Source: Candidatus Micrarchaeota archaeon (lineage in GTDB: Archaea > Micrarchaeota > Micrarchaeia > Anstonellales > Bilamarchaeaceae). Taken from it: DNA of 64,000 nt. Shown here in pieces: positions 47,924 to 57,600 of this stretch. The notes under the pieces were generated by a model. That model searched no databases. It saw only the letters and a program-made list of their open reading frames with translations, and was not told where the DNA came from. The position numbers and the translations under genes were made by a program. The stretch spans positions 32,001 through 96,000 of the forward strand of contig JBFMEZ010000013.1 in NCBI GenBank assembly GCA_040753215.1, written 5' to 3'. Position 1 is the stretch's first letter; each line of letters opens with the position of its first letter.

Positions 47924-49069
47924 GTGAAACTCGTCTTTGATGGAAAAGAAATATATGCAGAAGACGCGGAGAACGTAAGCTCCCTGGCAAAAGGGTTCTT
48001 CGGGAAGATAAAAGGAGGAAAGGTTTTCCTCTCCCCGGGGGAGGCCCTTTACCTTATGGACAACCGCAACGCGGAGTGCGCAAGCCCGGGCGGAAGACCC
48101 ATCCGATTCAATTCCCTTGCCTCCTCCTTTTCCAAATCGCCCAAGCTCCTCGCCCGCTACCTGGTTTTGAAGGACTGGAGGGAGCGCGGCCTCATCGCCC
48201 GCGATGCAAAGGAAATACTGGGAAAATTCAGCCGCTCCGCAGCGGTAAGCTATCCGAGCTCGCCCTTCCCTCTTCCCCCCGTCTCACTCAGCGGCGTCTT
48301 CTTCCCTGAGGATATGCTCACAACAATAGATTCCCCCGAAGGGAAAAAACTCTATGAGGAAGGATGGTTCGGCCAGTTCGGCACATACAAGGCGGCTCAC
48401 AAGGGAAAAATCACAAAGCTGGACGCATTCGAAACCCTTTATCTCCTAAAGAAAGGCATCCTCGCAGTCCCGGATTCCAGTTTCAAGAAAATACTCTCCC
48501 ATGCTGAAAGGCGAATCCATTTCTTCCAGGAGATGTATGAAGTATATGAAGACTGGAGGGAGAAGGGCTTCGTGGTAAAGACCGGGTTCAAGTTCGGCTC
48601 CCATTTCCGCATATATTTCCCAGGCGCCTCGCCGGTGAAGGGCGGGGAATGGGCCCACTCAAAGCACGTCCTCCATGTATTTCCGAGGAAGAGCAAGCTC
48701 CTCATCTCCGAGTGGTCCCGCGCAATACGCCTCGCCCATTCCGTGAAGAAGACGTTCATACTCGCGGTTCCCGGAAAGAAAGCAAAGCCCATCCGGATCT
48801 GCGACTTCGCCCTCTACCACAGGAAGGGCGCGGAATGCGAAACCCCCAAATCCGGAGAGCCGTCCTTCCTCGCCCTCGCCCTCACCGAGGACGAATACCT
48901 GGGGGGGATAGAGTTCGCCCAGGCCCTGGAGGAGTGCGCGGAGCGCGGCCTCGAGCTGGTAATCGCAATCGCGGACCGCGAAACCTCCGTAACGTATTAC
49001 TTAATAAAGAAAGTAAATCTTCCCGGAAGCAGATTCGACTATTTCGAAATCCGGTGGCTCAACCCCTAG
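47924..49069 (+). CDS. endA: tRNA splicing endonuclease, epsilon2 (three-unit, ARMAN-type)
   Basis: alphaN-alpha-betaC layout in 381 aa; TGFKFGSHFRIY, HSK, HSVKK catalytic Y/H/K; FGTYK loop. Confidence 0.92.
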   Translation: MKLVFDGKEIYAEDAENVSSLAKGFFGKIKGGKVFLSPGEALYLMDNRNAECASPGGRPIRFNSLASSFSKSPKLLARYLVLKDWRERGLIARDAKEILGKFSRSAAVSYPSSPFPLPPVSLSGVFFPEDMLTTIDSPEGKKLYEEGWFGQFGTYKAAHKGKITKLDAFETLYLLKKGILAVPDSSFKKILSHAERRIHFFQEMYEVYEDWREKGFVVKTGFKFGSHFRIYFPGASPVKGGEWAHSKHVLHVFPRKSKLLISEWSRAIRLAHSVKKTFILAVPGKKAKPIRICDFALYHRKGAECETPKSGEPSFLALALTEDEYLGGIEFAQALEECAERGLELVIAIADRETSVTYYLIKKVNLPGSRFDYFEIRWLNP

Positions 49070-49112
49070 CTTTTTAAATCTTTTAACCATATAGAAGCAC
49101 GCAGGTGTTCAA

Positions 49113-49376
49113 ATGGCAAAGTACAGCTTGGCGAGGCAGCTTACTGGAAAGAAAGTAATCACGAATGAAGGCGAGGAATTCGGCAAGCTCGTTGATGTAA
49201 ACATAAACGAGATTACCGGGAAGATCGAGGAGCTCGTCGTGGACCCGAGCCCGGACAAGGCGAACCTCGAGGGCCTCAAGGATGAGGAGGGCTTCATACT
49301 CTGCCCCTACGATTCCGTCCTCGCGGTGGGCGACTTCATCATCGTCGAGAAGAGGTCTCTCGGCGGCCAATCCTGA
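49113..49376 (+). CDS. PRC-barrel domain protein
   Basis: LTGKKVITNEGEEFGKLVDV..TGKI..PYDSVLAVGDFIIV. Confidence 0.92.
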   Translation: MAKYSLARQLTGKKVITNEGEEFGKLVDVNINEITGKIEELVVDPSPDKANLEGLKDEEGFILCPYDSVLAVGDFIIVEKRSLGGQS

Positions 49377-49433
49377 GTTTTTTATTCATCTCCGCTTCTC
49401 CCCGCTGATTTTCCATTCCCGGCGCAAGCAGCA

Positions 49434-49525
49434 GTCAGTTTTCAGTATCCGGTCAAACCAAACCCCCGCTTTCGCGCCTCATTTTGGCTCTGGAGGTTTG
49501 GTTTGAGTTCCCGGTTTCCGGAAAC
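49434..49525. repeat. 7-mer array with nested hairpin (second stem variant)
   Basis: TCAAACCAAACCCCC...GGAGGTTTGGTTTGA (49453-49506); supplies the stop codon of the adjacent gene. Confidence 0.8.
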
Positions 49526-50030
49526 TTGGCCTGCGCACCCGGCATCTATCTAAAAATTCCCTGGAAATTTTTATTCTTGGATTTCCAACCCGTTTCCCTT
49601 CTTTTGTGTAGAATTTGGCTTTGTTTATGTTTCGGAGCATTATCCTGAGTGTCTCTTCAGTCGTCTGTTTTCTTTCCTTCCCTGCCTGCAATGCCTTCCG
49701 GATTCCGAATTTCCCGACCGCCTCAAGGAGATTCGCATCGCTCACCAGTTTTTCTTCTACCGATTCCGGCTTTGTGGTATGGCGATACAATGCCCGTAGA
49801 TAGGATTTGGGGAATCCCATGCGCAGGATTTGCTGTTTATGTTTCTGCACGTAACCCTTCAGCCCATGGAAATAAATCAGAAACCATAGCTTGCCATCAT
49901 CGATTCTGGAGTAGCCTTTCCTCAGCCTTGCGACCTTTGCCCTTATCCGTAGGATATGGCTGAAATTATGCATGCTGTCCTTTTTCCTGTAAAGCGGCTC
50001 TACGAACCTTATGATTTCCTTTGTCCGCAT
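49479..50030 (-). CDS. HD-domain-like protein
   Basis: HNFSHILRI, SDANLLEAVGKFGI; HD dyad reads HG. Confidence 0.65.
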   Translation of the reverse strand: MRTKEIIRFVEPLYRKKDSMHNFSHILRIRAKVARLRKGYSRIDDGKLWFLIYFHGLKGYVQKHKQQILRMGFPKSYLRALYRHTTKPESVEEKLVSDANLLEAVGKFGIRKALQAGKERKQTTEETLRIMLRNINKAKFYTKEGKRVGNPRIKISREFLDRCRVRRPSFRKPGTQTKPPEPK

Positions 50031-50031
50031 G

Positions 50032-50388
50032 CTATTTGCCTTCCGCCTTTTCAAGCTCAGAAAGCATTTTGCTTATCTGTGGCTTTACCCTGAGTATTTC
50101 TTCGGTGGCAACCTTCCAGACAATCTGCTCGTCAATCCCGAAATACTCGTGGATGAGCTTATCGCGCATCCCCGCCATCTTCTTCCATGGAACATCCGGG
50201 TATTGCTTCTGCAAGGATGCGGGAACTTTCTTTGACGCTTCGCCTATTATCTCAAGGCTGCGCACGACAGCATTTATTGTTTTCCTGTCGTCCATGAAAC
50301 CAGCCAGGGATAAGCGAGAAGTGAAGTTTTCTATGTCCTTTATCGACTCAAGAATGTCCTGCAGGTAATCCAGGTATTCCCTCTTCAT
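50032..50388 (-). CDS. HEPN/DUF86 toxin
   Basis: AVVRSLEIIGEA, WKKMAGMRDKLIHEYFG. Confidence 0.93.
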   Translation of the reverse strand: MKREYLDYLQDILESIKDIENFTSRLSLAGFMDDRKTINAVVRSLEIIGEASKKVPASLQKQYPDVPWKKMAGMRDKLIHEYFGIDEQIVWKVATEEILRVKPQISKMLSELEKAEGK

Positions 50389-50687
50389 ATGTAAACCGCC
50401 TCCTGCAGTATGTGGCGGCCTATGCGGGGCTTCAGCGCCCTCTTTGAAACGAGGTCCACTTCAACTCCGACCAGCTTCTCGAGGTATTCCTCAAGGTCCA
50501 TGAAATGAAAAAGCCCAACCGGCTCGCGGAATTCCACCAGCACGTCCAGGTCGCTCTTTTTCTTCTGCTTCCCCCGGACATAGGACCCGAATAGCCCAAG
50601 GGACTTGACCTTGAAGCGGTCCTGCATCTCTTTCTTGTGGCCGGAGAGTATCCGCACAAACTCTTCGAGTTTTTTCAATTCCTTCAC
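50385..50687 (-). CDS. minimal nucleotidyltransferase (MNT) antitoxin
   Basis: LFGSYVRG..SDLDVLVEF, VDLV. Confidence 0.93.
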   Translation of the reverse strand: MKELKKLEEFVRILSGHKKEMQDRFKVKSLGLFGSYVRGKQKKKSDLDVLVEFREPVGLFHFMDLEEYLEKLVGVEVDLVSKRALKPRIGRHILQEAVYI

Positions 50688-50711
50688 CAGTAGGAGTATC
50701 CGGCTGCTTAT

Positions 50712-52047
50712 GTGAACTACCACCGGTCAAAGACCGGTGGCTTCCTGCTTCGTAGAAGATACTTGCCCATTATGTTTATAATAGGTAGAGGCCTCCTCTT
50801 GACAGGCATAACTAAACCGAACCTCCGCTCTTTCCGTCCCACTTCTGCTCTGGAGGTTCGGTTTACTTCCCGCAGTTCCTGCGGTAGCTCTTCTCAGCAT
50901 ATTTATCGCCGCGTTGAGGTCGCGGTGCATGGATGCCCCACATCCGCACTTGTGCCATCTCTCTGCAAGCGATTTCTTCTGCACTGAACCGCAGCTGCTG
51001 CACCCACTCGAAGTGTTGGCAGGCTCCACAAGCACGACTTCGCAACCAGCTTCCTCCGCTTTGTAACAAAGCATGCTTGAGAATTCCGCCCAGCCACAGT
51101 CCAGTGCACTTTTTGCAATGAAGCCTTTTGCCAAGTCTGAAACGTCCAGGTCCTCCATCGCAATAAAGGAATATTTATCCACGAGCTGGCGGGAAAGTTT
51201 GTGCAGGAAATCCCTTCTCCTGTTTGCCAGCTTTTCGTGGGCCAGCGCAACCCTGAGCTTCGCTTTTCTTCTGTTCTTGCCCCCTTTCTTTTTTCTGGAA
51301 AGGAAACGCTGCGTCCTCTTCAGTTTCTCCTCCGCATGTTTCAGGTGCCTCGGGTTTTCCACCACTGTTCCATCGCTGAGGCATGCGAAATGTTCAATTC
51401 CAAGGTCTATGCCGGCAGGCAAAATATCTTTCTTAGGAACAGGTTTCTTTTCTATTTCCGAAGTGAAAATGGCAAACCACTTCCCTGAAGGCATCCTCTT
51501 TATCGTGAGGGTCTTTATTTTTCCTGCAATTTCCCTGTGCTTTTTGATTTGGATTTCACCTATGCCTGAAAGCTCAAGGCGCTTATTAAGCTTGAAGCCG
51601 AACTGCGGGTAAGTGAAGGATTTCATCCTTTCCATCGATTTGAACCTTGGAAAACCTGCCTTCATGCCCGCCTTCCTTTTGAGAACCATTCCCCTGATGC
51701 ATTTTGCAAGCCTGTCTGCAACGTTCTGCGCAACCTGGGAGAATAATGGCGTTCCTTTTGTCTGCAAATAGAGCTGCTGGCGCGTTGGAAATTTTCCTGT
51801 TTCCTTATAATATTTTTTTATGTATTCTAGAAGGGAATTCCACAGCTCCTTGCACTCATGGAGGCATTCGCCCATTTGCTTTTCCTGGGTTTTGGAAGGA
51901 TAGAGCCGGAACTTCCATGAGCGCCTCATATGCGGCTTTGGCACGAAGGCGGTTTATAAGTATTTCCCTGGCGTATTTCCGGTGATTCCAGTAATCATTT
52001 ATGGAGATTTTTGTATCCACTGGTCCGAGACCAGTGGAATTAAGGCC
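50712..52047 (-). mobile_element. TnpB-only IS200/IS605 (IS1341-like) element, copy 2
   Basis: Same termini as copy 1; left hairpin shows compensatory changes (CCACTGGTC/GACCAGTGG). Confidence 0.88.
50727..51929 (-). CDS. tnpB: RNA-guided endonuclease TnpB
   Basis: GIDLG, AMEDL, CSSC..CGC, RDLNAA; highly similar to copy 1. Confidence 0.95.
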   Translation of the reverse strand: MRRSWKFRLYPSKTQEKQMGECLHECKELWNSLLEYIKKYYKETGKFPTRQQLYLQTKGTPLFSQVAQNVADRLAKCIRGMVLKRKAGMKAGFPRFKSMERMKSFTYPQFGFKLNKRLELSGIGEIQIKKHREIAGKIKTLTIKRMPSGKWFAIFTSEIEKKPVPKKDILPAGIDLGIEHFACLSDGTVVENPRHLKHAEEKLKRTQRFLSRKKKGGKNRRKAKLRVALAHEKLANRRRDFLHKLSRQLVDKYSFIAMEDLDVSDLAKGFIAKSALDCGWAEFSSMLCYKAEEAGCEVVLVEPANTSSGCSSCGSVQKKSLAERWHKCGCGASMHRDLNAAINMLRRATAGTAGSKPNLQSRSGTERAEVRFSYACQEEASTYYKHNGQVSSTKQEATGL

Positions 52048-52146
52048 TTAAAAATCTGACTGGGGAGGAACCCGGAGGCGGGAAACCCGAAACAGGAAAC
52101 TGGCTGCCGGCGCAATCACTATAAACCTTAAGAGAGATGCACCCCC

Positions 52147-52802
52147 ATGGGGAACCTGGTTGCAGGGGTCGATGAAGCTGGCAGAGTTCTGTAAAACGGA
52201 CTGCAAGCAGCGTCATCGGCCCGTTAGTCGTATCCTGCGCCACCTGCAGCAGGGACAAGCAGCGCCTTCTCAGGAAGTTCGCTTCAAAGGATTCCAAGCA
52301 GCTCACGCCCCGCCAGAGGGAAGAGATACTCGCCGAGCTCAGGAAGTTCTGCAATTTCCTCTACGCAGAAATCAGCGCATCCGGGCTGAACCAGATGATG
52401 AGGAAAGAGTCCCTGAACGACATAGAAGCAAAGGCAATGGCAGACCTCATAAGGAAATCCGGGGACTGCGACGTGATGATAGACATGCCCGACCGCTACT
52501 CCTGGACGTTCAGGAAAAGGATGGAGAAGTTCGGGGTGAAGAGGTTCGAGGCGGAGCACAAGGCGGACGAGAAGCACCCAATAGTCGCCGCCGCCTCAAT
52601 ATGCGCCAAAGTTATGAGGGACGAAAAAGTGGCTGAGATACGCGCGTCCACCTGCGATTTCGGCAGCGGCTACCCGAGCGATGAGAAAACCCGCGAAGCG
52701 CTCCGCGACAGGGAGGCGCTCGCCCTGCTCAGGCCCCACATACGCGAGCGCTGGAAGACGCTTGAGACCGTCAAGCAGAGGAAGCTATTTGAGCACGAAT
52801 AA
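52147..52802 (+). CDS. rnhB: ribonuclease HII, split by a 20-nt intron (exons 52147-52186 and 52207-52802)
   Basis: Spliced frame gives AGVDEAGRGSVIGPLVV, KDSKQL, HKADE, VAAASICAKV, GSGYPSD; 211 aa. Confidence 0.93.
52187..52206 (+). other. bulge-helix-bulge intron in rnhB mRNA
   Basis: GCTG/CAGC lower helix, GCAG/CTGC central helix, bulges AG^T and AA^G, upper hairpin TCTGT-AAA-ACGGA. Confidence 0.9.
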
Positions 52803-53381
52803 TATTCTCTGCAGGAAAGTAAGGATTGAGAGAAAAGCCATTGCTGCGAACAGGACCCACGCATAAGCAAACCCGAGCAGAAGCAGCAGCACGAACGCCA
52901 TTAACAATGCGCCGCGCTCGCCCCTCTCCAGTATCCCGGGCATCCTGTCCGCCTCTTCTTTTGGGAGCACTCCCTGGTAGTTCGCATACGCCTTCACGAA
53001 TGCGGTCATGCACGTGCCGAAGAACAGAACGATTATTATCCAGAAATAATCCGGAAAAATAGGCATCCCCAGAGGCACGGACAACAGCGAAAGAAGCAAA
53101 AAGAACTCCACCAGCCTGTCCGAAACCCCGTCCAAAAAGCCGCCTATTCTGCTCACTTCCCCCCTCGCCCGCGCAACCGCCCCGTCCACCGCATCCAGAA
53201 CAAATGCAAAGATGAAAGCACCGAACCCGTACCAATAAGTTCCCGAATAGAAAAGTGAGAATCCGGCAACCGCAAACAATACCGCAAGGACAGTAATCTT
53301 ATTCGGGCTGAGCGGCATCCAGCCCAGGTATCTGCTTAATGAAGAAGAAATCCCGCTTGACGCGCCGGTTGATTTGAGCAT
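52785..53381 (-). CDS. CDP-alcohol phosphatidyltransferase (probable archaetidylinositol phosphate synthase)
   Basis: DAVDGAVAR...GGFLDGVSDR; downstream of ino1. Confidence 0.9.
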   Translation of the reverse strand: MLKSTGASSGISSSLSRYLGWMPLSPNKITVLAVLFAVAGFSLFYSGTYWYGFGAFIFAFVLDAVDGAVARARGEVSRIGGFLDGVSDRLVEFFLLLSLLSVPLGMPIFPDYFWIIIVLFFGTCMTAFVKAYANYQGVLPKEEADRMPGILERGERGALLMAFVLLLLLGFAYAWVLFAAMAFLSILTFLQRILFVLK

Positions 53382-53405
53382 CCTGCCTCAGCCTCCAGCA
53401 GCCGT

Positions 53406-54500
53406 TCAATCCTTCCCCTTCCCTTCTATAAATGCATTAATCGCATCCCTCGCCTCCGCATCCCCATATTGCACCGGAGGGTGCTTCATCAGGTAGGCGC
53501 TCGCGGAATTAATCGCGCCGCCCAATCCACGGTCCAGCGCAACCTGGCAGCACCTTATCGCTTCTATGGTTGTCCCGCCACTATTTGCCTTGTCATCCAC
53601 GTCCAGCCGCATCTCTAAATTGTAAGGCACGTCCGCAAACATCCTGCCTTCCAATCTTATGAATGCCAGCTTCCTGTTCCCCAAAAAAGGGATAAAGTCC
53701 GAAGGCCCCACATAAATCCTCTCGTCCGGCAATCTTTTTTTGAGCTGGCTCTGCACAGCTTCTGTTTTGGAAATCTTCTTGCTCTCCAGCCTCTCGCGCT
53801 CCAGCATGTTAAGGAAATCAGCGTTCCCCCCAACATTTATCTGATAAGTCCTGTCAATATCCACTCCCCTGTCCACGCACAATTTCGCCATCACCCTGTG
53901 CACAATCGTGGAGCCCAGCTGGGATTTTATGTCGTCCCCGACCACAGGCAGCTTCCTCTCCGCAAACCTCTTCGCCCACTTCCCGTCGCTCGCAATGAAC
54001 ACCGGCATATTATTTACAAAAGCGCACCCAGCTTCCAGCGCAACATCCGCCCAGAACTCCGTCGCCCTCTGCGACCCCACGGGCAGATAGTTGAGAAGTA
54101 TGCGCGCCCCGCTCCTCCCAATCTCCCCAATCGCTTCTTCCTTCAGCTCCCCTTCACTTTTTGTGGATTTCACGGGCACAATCCTGTTCTGCATATACAG
54201 CCCAATCCCGTCCAGCACGGGCGACTCATGCACAATCCCGGAGCAGTTGGAAACCGAATCCACCCACCTGACCTCGTTCGGCTCCGCATACAATGCCTCC
54301 GCGAGCGGCTTCCCAACCTTGTTCTCCGCCACATCAAAGGAGCACACGAACTCTATATCATGGATGGAATACCCTCCAATCTTATCATGCATTATCCCAA
54401 CCACTTCCCGCCCAGGGTTCCTCTTATAGTATTCTATCCCCTGCGCAAGCCCGGCGAAGCAGTTCCCAACCCCCACAACCCCGACTTTTATCTTTCCCAT
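53406..54500 (-). CDS. ino1: myo-inositol-1-phosphate synthase
   Basis: GVGNC, NYLPVGS, GDDIKSQLG, NVGGNADF, KKISKT, YLMKHPP. Confidence 0.96.
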   Translation of the reverse strand: MGKIKVGVVGVGNCFAGLAQGIEYYKRNPGREVVGIMHDKIGGYSIHDIEFVCSFDVAENKVGKPLAEALYAEPNEVRWVDSVSNCSGIVHESPVLDGIGLYMQNRIVPVKSTKSEGELKEEAIGEIGRSGARILLNYLPVGSQRATEFWADVALEAGCAFVNNMPVFIASDGKWAKRFAERKLPVVGDDIKSQLGSTIVHRVMAKLCVDRGVDIDRTYQINVGGNADFLNMLERERLESKKISKTEAVQSQLKKRLPDERIYVGPSDFIPFLGNRKLAFIRLEGRMFADVPYNLEMRLDVDDKANSGGTTIEAIRCCQVALDRGLGGAINSASAYLMKHPPVQYGDAEARDAINAFIEGKGKD

Positions 54501-54619
54501 ATGCGGCACCTCACTAACTAATATCCGTTAATATATAAATGGACATTAATTAAAAACCTTCCGAACGCATGCGAACGCTTTATAAATATCCGAAAGCGTA
54601 AATATCCTGGTGCAGCCAG

Positions 54620-57600
54620 ATGCAATCAACGCGGACCACGAGGGAGGCCGAACAACCGGCAGAAGCCGGTCCGGTCGTGCCCATACCGGCAGTTTTACCG
54701 TCCGCACCGCAGATACGCTATGTGCAGTCCACAGAAGACGGGTTGCGCGACACAATAAACTCCCTTGTTGACTTCCTTTCGGGAAGAGGCGTTGTCCCCG
54801 ATAATCTTGCAACCGCAATCAGATGGCTCAGGCCGGGTGACTTCAGCGAAACACCCGATATAAATGCATTCATAAATGGCATTAAAGGGCAGCTAGAATT
54901 GCACTTCGACCCGGACAACGAAGTGCAGAGAATGAGGGTGGAAAGGATAATAGAGGTCATCACCGGGCTTGCACAGGAGTATGCAAGGCAGATGGAGGTC
55001 CTGTCGCCTCCTTCGGTCAGGGTGGGAGAAGCGCTCCAACCCTTAACAGTAGCCCCAACTGATGCATCGCCATTCTCTTTTGTTATAGAGGGAGACACCT
55101 TCAGGATTACAAACAACAGGTACCTGCCTTTTACAGGAGAGGACCGGGAGAGCATTAAACACATCCTCGAAGCAGCCGTGGGCATGGATTCTGGCGGCAT
55201 GGGGAGAGTGCTCGAACTGGTCGACCGTATGGCAGAGGTGGCAGCAAAAGCGAACATATTCGATACACGAAGCAGGCAGAGGGCTGGCATCGGAGAAGTT
55301 TCCCAGGCGCTTGCCGGAGTGCGCGATGCTTACCAAAAGCTTCTTGGGAAATTGGTAGAGGAAGGGGAGGCCCTCACCGGCCTTGCCGCAGGCGACCCTG
55401 ATGCGCTGGGGCGGGAGTCGCTGGGCATCGCGCGGGAAGCTGAGAGGGCCCGGGTTGCGTGCATGGACAGGATTTCAAGGTTTTATTCCGGCTCTGGAGT
55501 AAGCAGCCTGATAAGGGACGTGGAAGAGGTCATCTCCAACCCGACCTATGCCGGTGACCTCGTTTTCTCGGATTTTGAGATAAGCGTTTTCAACTACTAC
55601 AAGCAGCGGTTCGCAGAGATTCTGCCGAGGATGGATGTGCTTAGCCGCAGGTTAGCCGAGCTGGACATGGTCCCAAGCCTCGATTCCCAGCAGCTTACGC
55701 CCGCAGAAGCGCAGGTATTTGCGAATTTCCTTGAGTTCGCTGGCGCATTTGAGCTGTTCCGTGCAAAAGCCAGGTTTATGACGATATATAACGAGCTGCT
55801 CGAAGAGCAGAACCGCGGCTCGTTCGTAGAGGGGATTGCCGGGCCGAGGGCATACCGCGAGCCGCTAAGCGGCCGGCAGATGGAAAACCTGCTCCTGGCG
55901 ATGGAGCCGGTAATGGGCCCCGCCCTGCCCCTTGGCAGTAGGGAGCAGTATGAAGAGCTTCTTGAATTGCGCGGGCCGCTCGAGTTGTACGGCCAGGTGA
56001 TGGAAAATGCGGTGGTGCAATCCGTGGCAGAGGCGCTCACCGCATCTGCCGTTCCCGAGGCGGAGAGGATAAATTACGAAGATCTCACTGAACAGGGAAG
56101 GGCGGTTCTTTCAAACCTCCGTGTACACAGGGAGGCCCTGGCCAGGTCCCATGATGCCGTAGGGCTGGGCTCGGTGCTGTACAGGTATGCCAATTACCTG
56201 AGAATGTTTGATGTGGACACTTCAGCGTATTTCGAGCGTTCGGAAACAAGGATGGATGAGGCGCTTGTTTCTGCTGCACTGGAGAGGGGCGATATTCCGG
56301 ACCTTCTCTACGAATCCTCAAGATATTTCCTGAAGTACCATGGCACGGAGTTTCTGGTCGCAGTCACCGTGCTCAGCGCCGGCGCGGGAGGCATAGCCGG
56401 CGGCATAAGGGCCGGCGTGCAGGGCCTTTTGGAAGTAGGAAGCGCAGCGGCAAGGGGGGGCTATGCCGCAGCCACCGCGGTCGCTGCAGTGCCTGCCGCG
56501 GTCGTGGCAGGACACGCGCTGTATGATTTTGCGCGCGGTGAATGGGGCGGCAGGGCCTACCAGGACCTGGACATCGCCTCGGCTTTTCTTCTCATGGCGT
56601 CCATGGGCTGGGCCGGAGGGACCGGGCTTGGGGCAAGATTCTTCTCCGCGGGCACGGCAGGGCTCGGGTCAACTGCCATCGGCGCCCACCTTGTGGAATC
56701 CATAAGCCAGGGAAGGATATACGATGCGCTTTCCGATACGGTCGCCATCGCGGTCGGAAGCACGCTGTTTGTGAAAAGCCTTTCCGGAATAAGGCAATAC
56801 CGGCTTGCGGGCGAGGCCATGCCTGCCAGCACCGCGAGGGTAAGCGGTCCGTTCGGCCTTGTGGATGTGCAGCTTCCGCACCTCTGGCGCGAACTAGCAT
56901 TCCCCTATACCGCTACCGGCGCCGTAACGATGTTCGCTGGCGCGGCGGCTTTCACGGCGGCTTTTTCTCCTGATACAATCGCGCAGCTGATAGAATCGCA
57001 GGGCATCGGGGAGTACCTTGCAATGCTGAACAGCATGTGCGCGGACTTGGCAAACGAAGGCCCGGTTTTCATGCTTGGCTTCAGGGCACTCGGAACTGGC
57101 GTAAGGGCGGTGAGGGAATGGAGGCTCGCAAGCGGAGAGCGCGGCTTCCGCAGCTCCGTGAGGACGGTGATACGCAACATGGCGCTGGGGGAAACTGGCG
57201 GGAGTTTTGTGGAGATTCCCCTGGGCACGGCCGAAGAGACGATGGCCGCCCTCATAATGCCATCCTCAAACCCCGGGCGGACGTTTGCTGCGCTGCAGGC
57301 GGGCGCAGGGAGCACCGCGATAGATATCGCAACCCGCTATGGCGCAGACCTCACGAACCAGGAATTCTTCCACAGGCTAATGGTTGCTGCGCTTGGGGAC
57401 ACGAGGATGACCGCGAGCGGGCTCGTGGATTTCCTGGGCGAGCTGCGGCTCCCCCGCGGCTTCAGGAGACAGCTCAGGCAGTTTGCGGAAGAATTCGTAA
57501 CAGCCAACAACCAGCAATGGCAGGCCGCGGAAGCTTTGCTTTCAGGCCAGCCGCTTTCCACGCTCCAGCAAAGGCTTTTCATCGATGCGAACCAGCTTGC

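Noticed and set aside
52160..52636. ORF-track 158-aa ORF, and 52395 as the rnhB start
   Set aside because: Artefacts of the intron; the spliced frame from 52147 restores the conserved N-terminal motif
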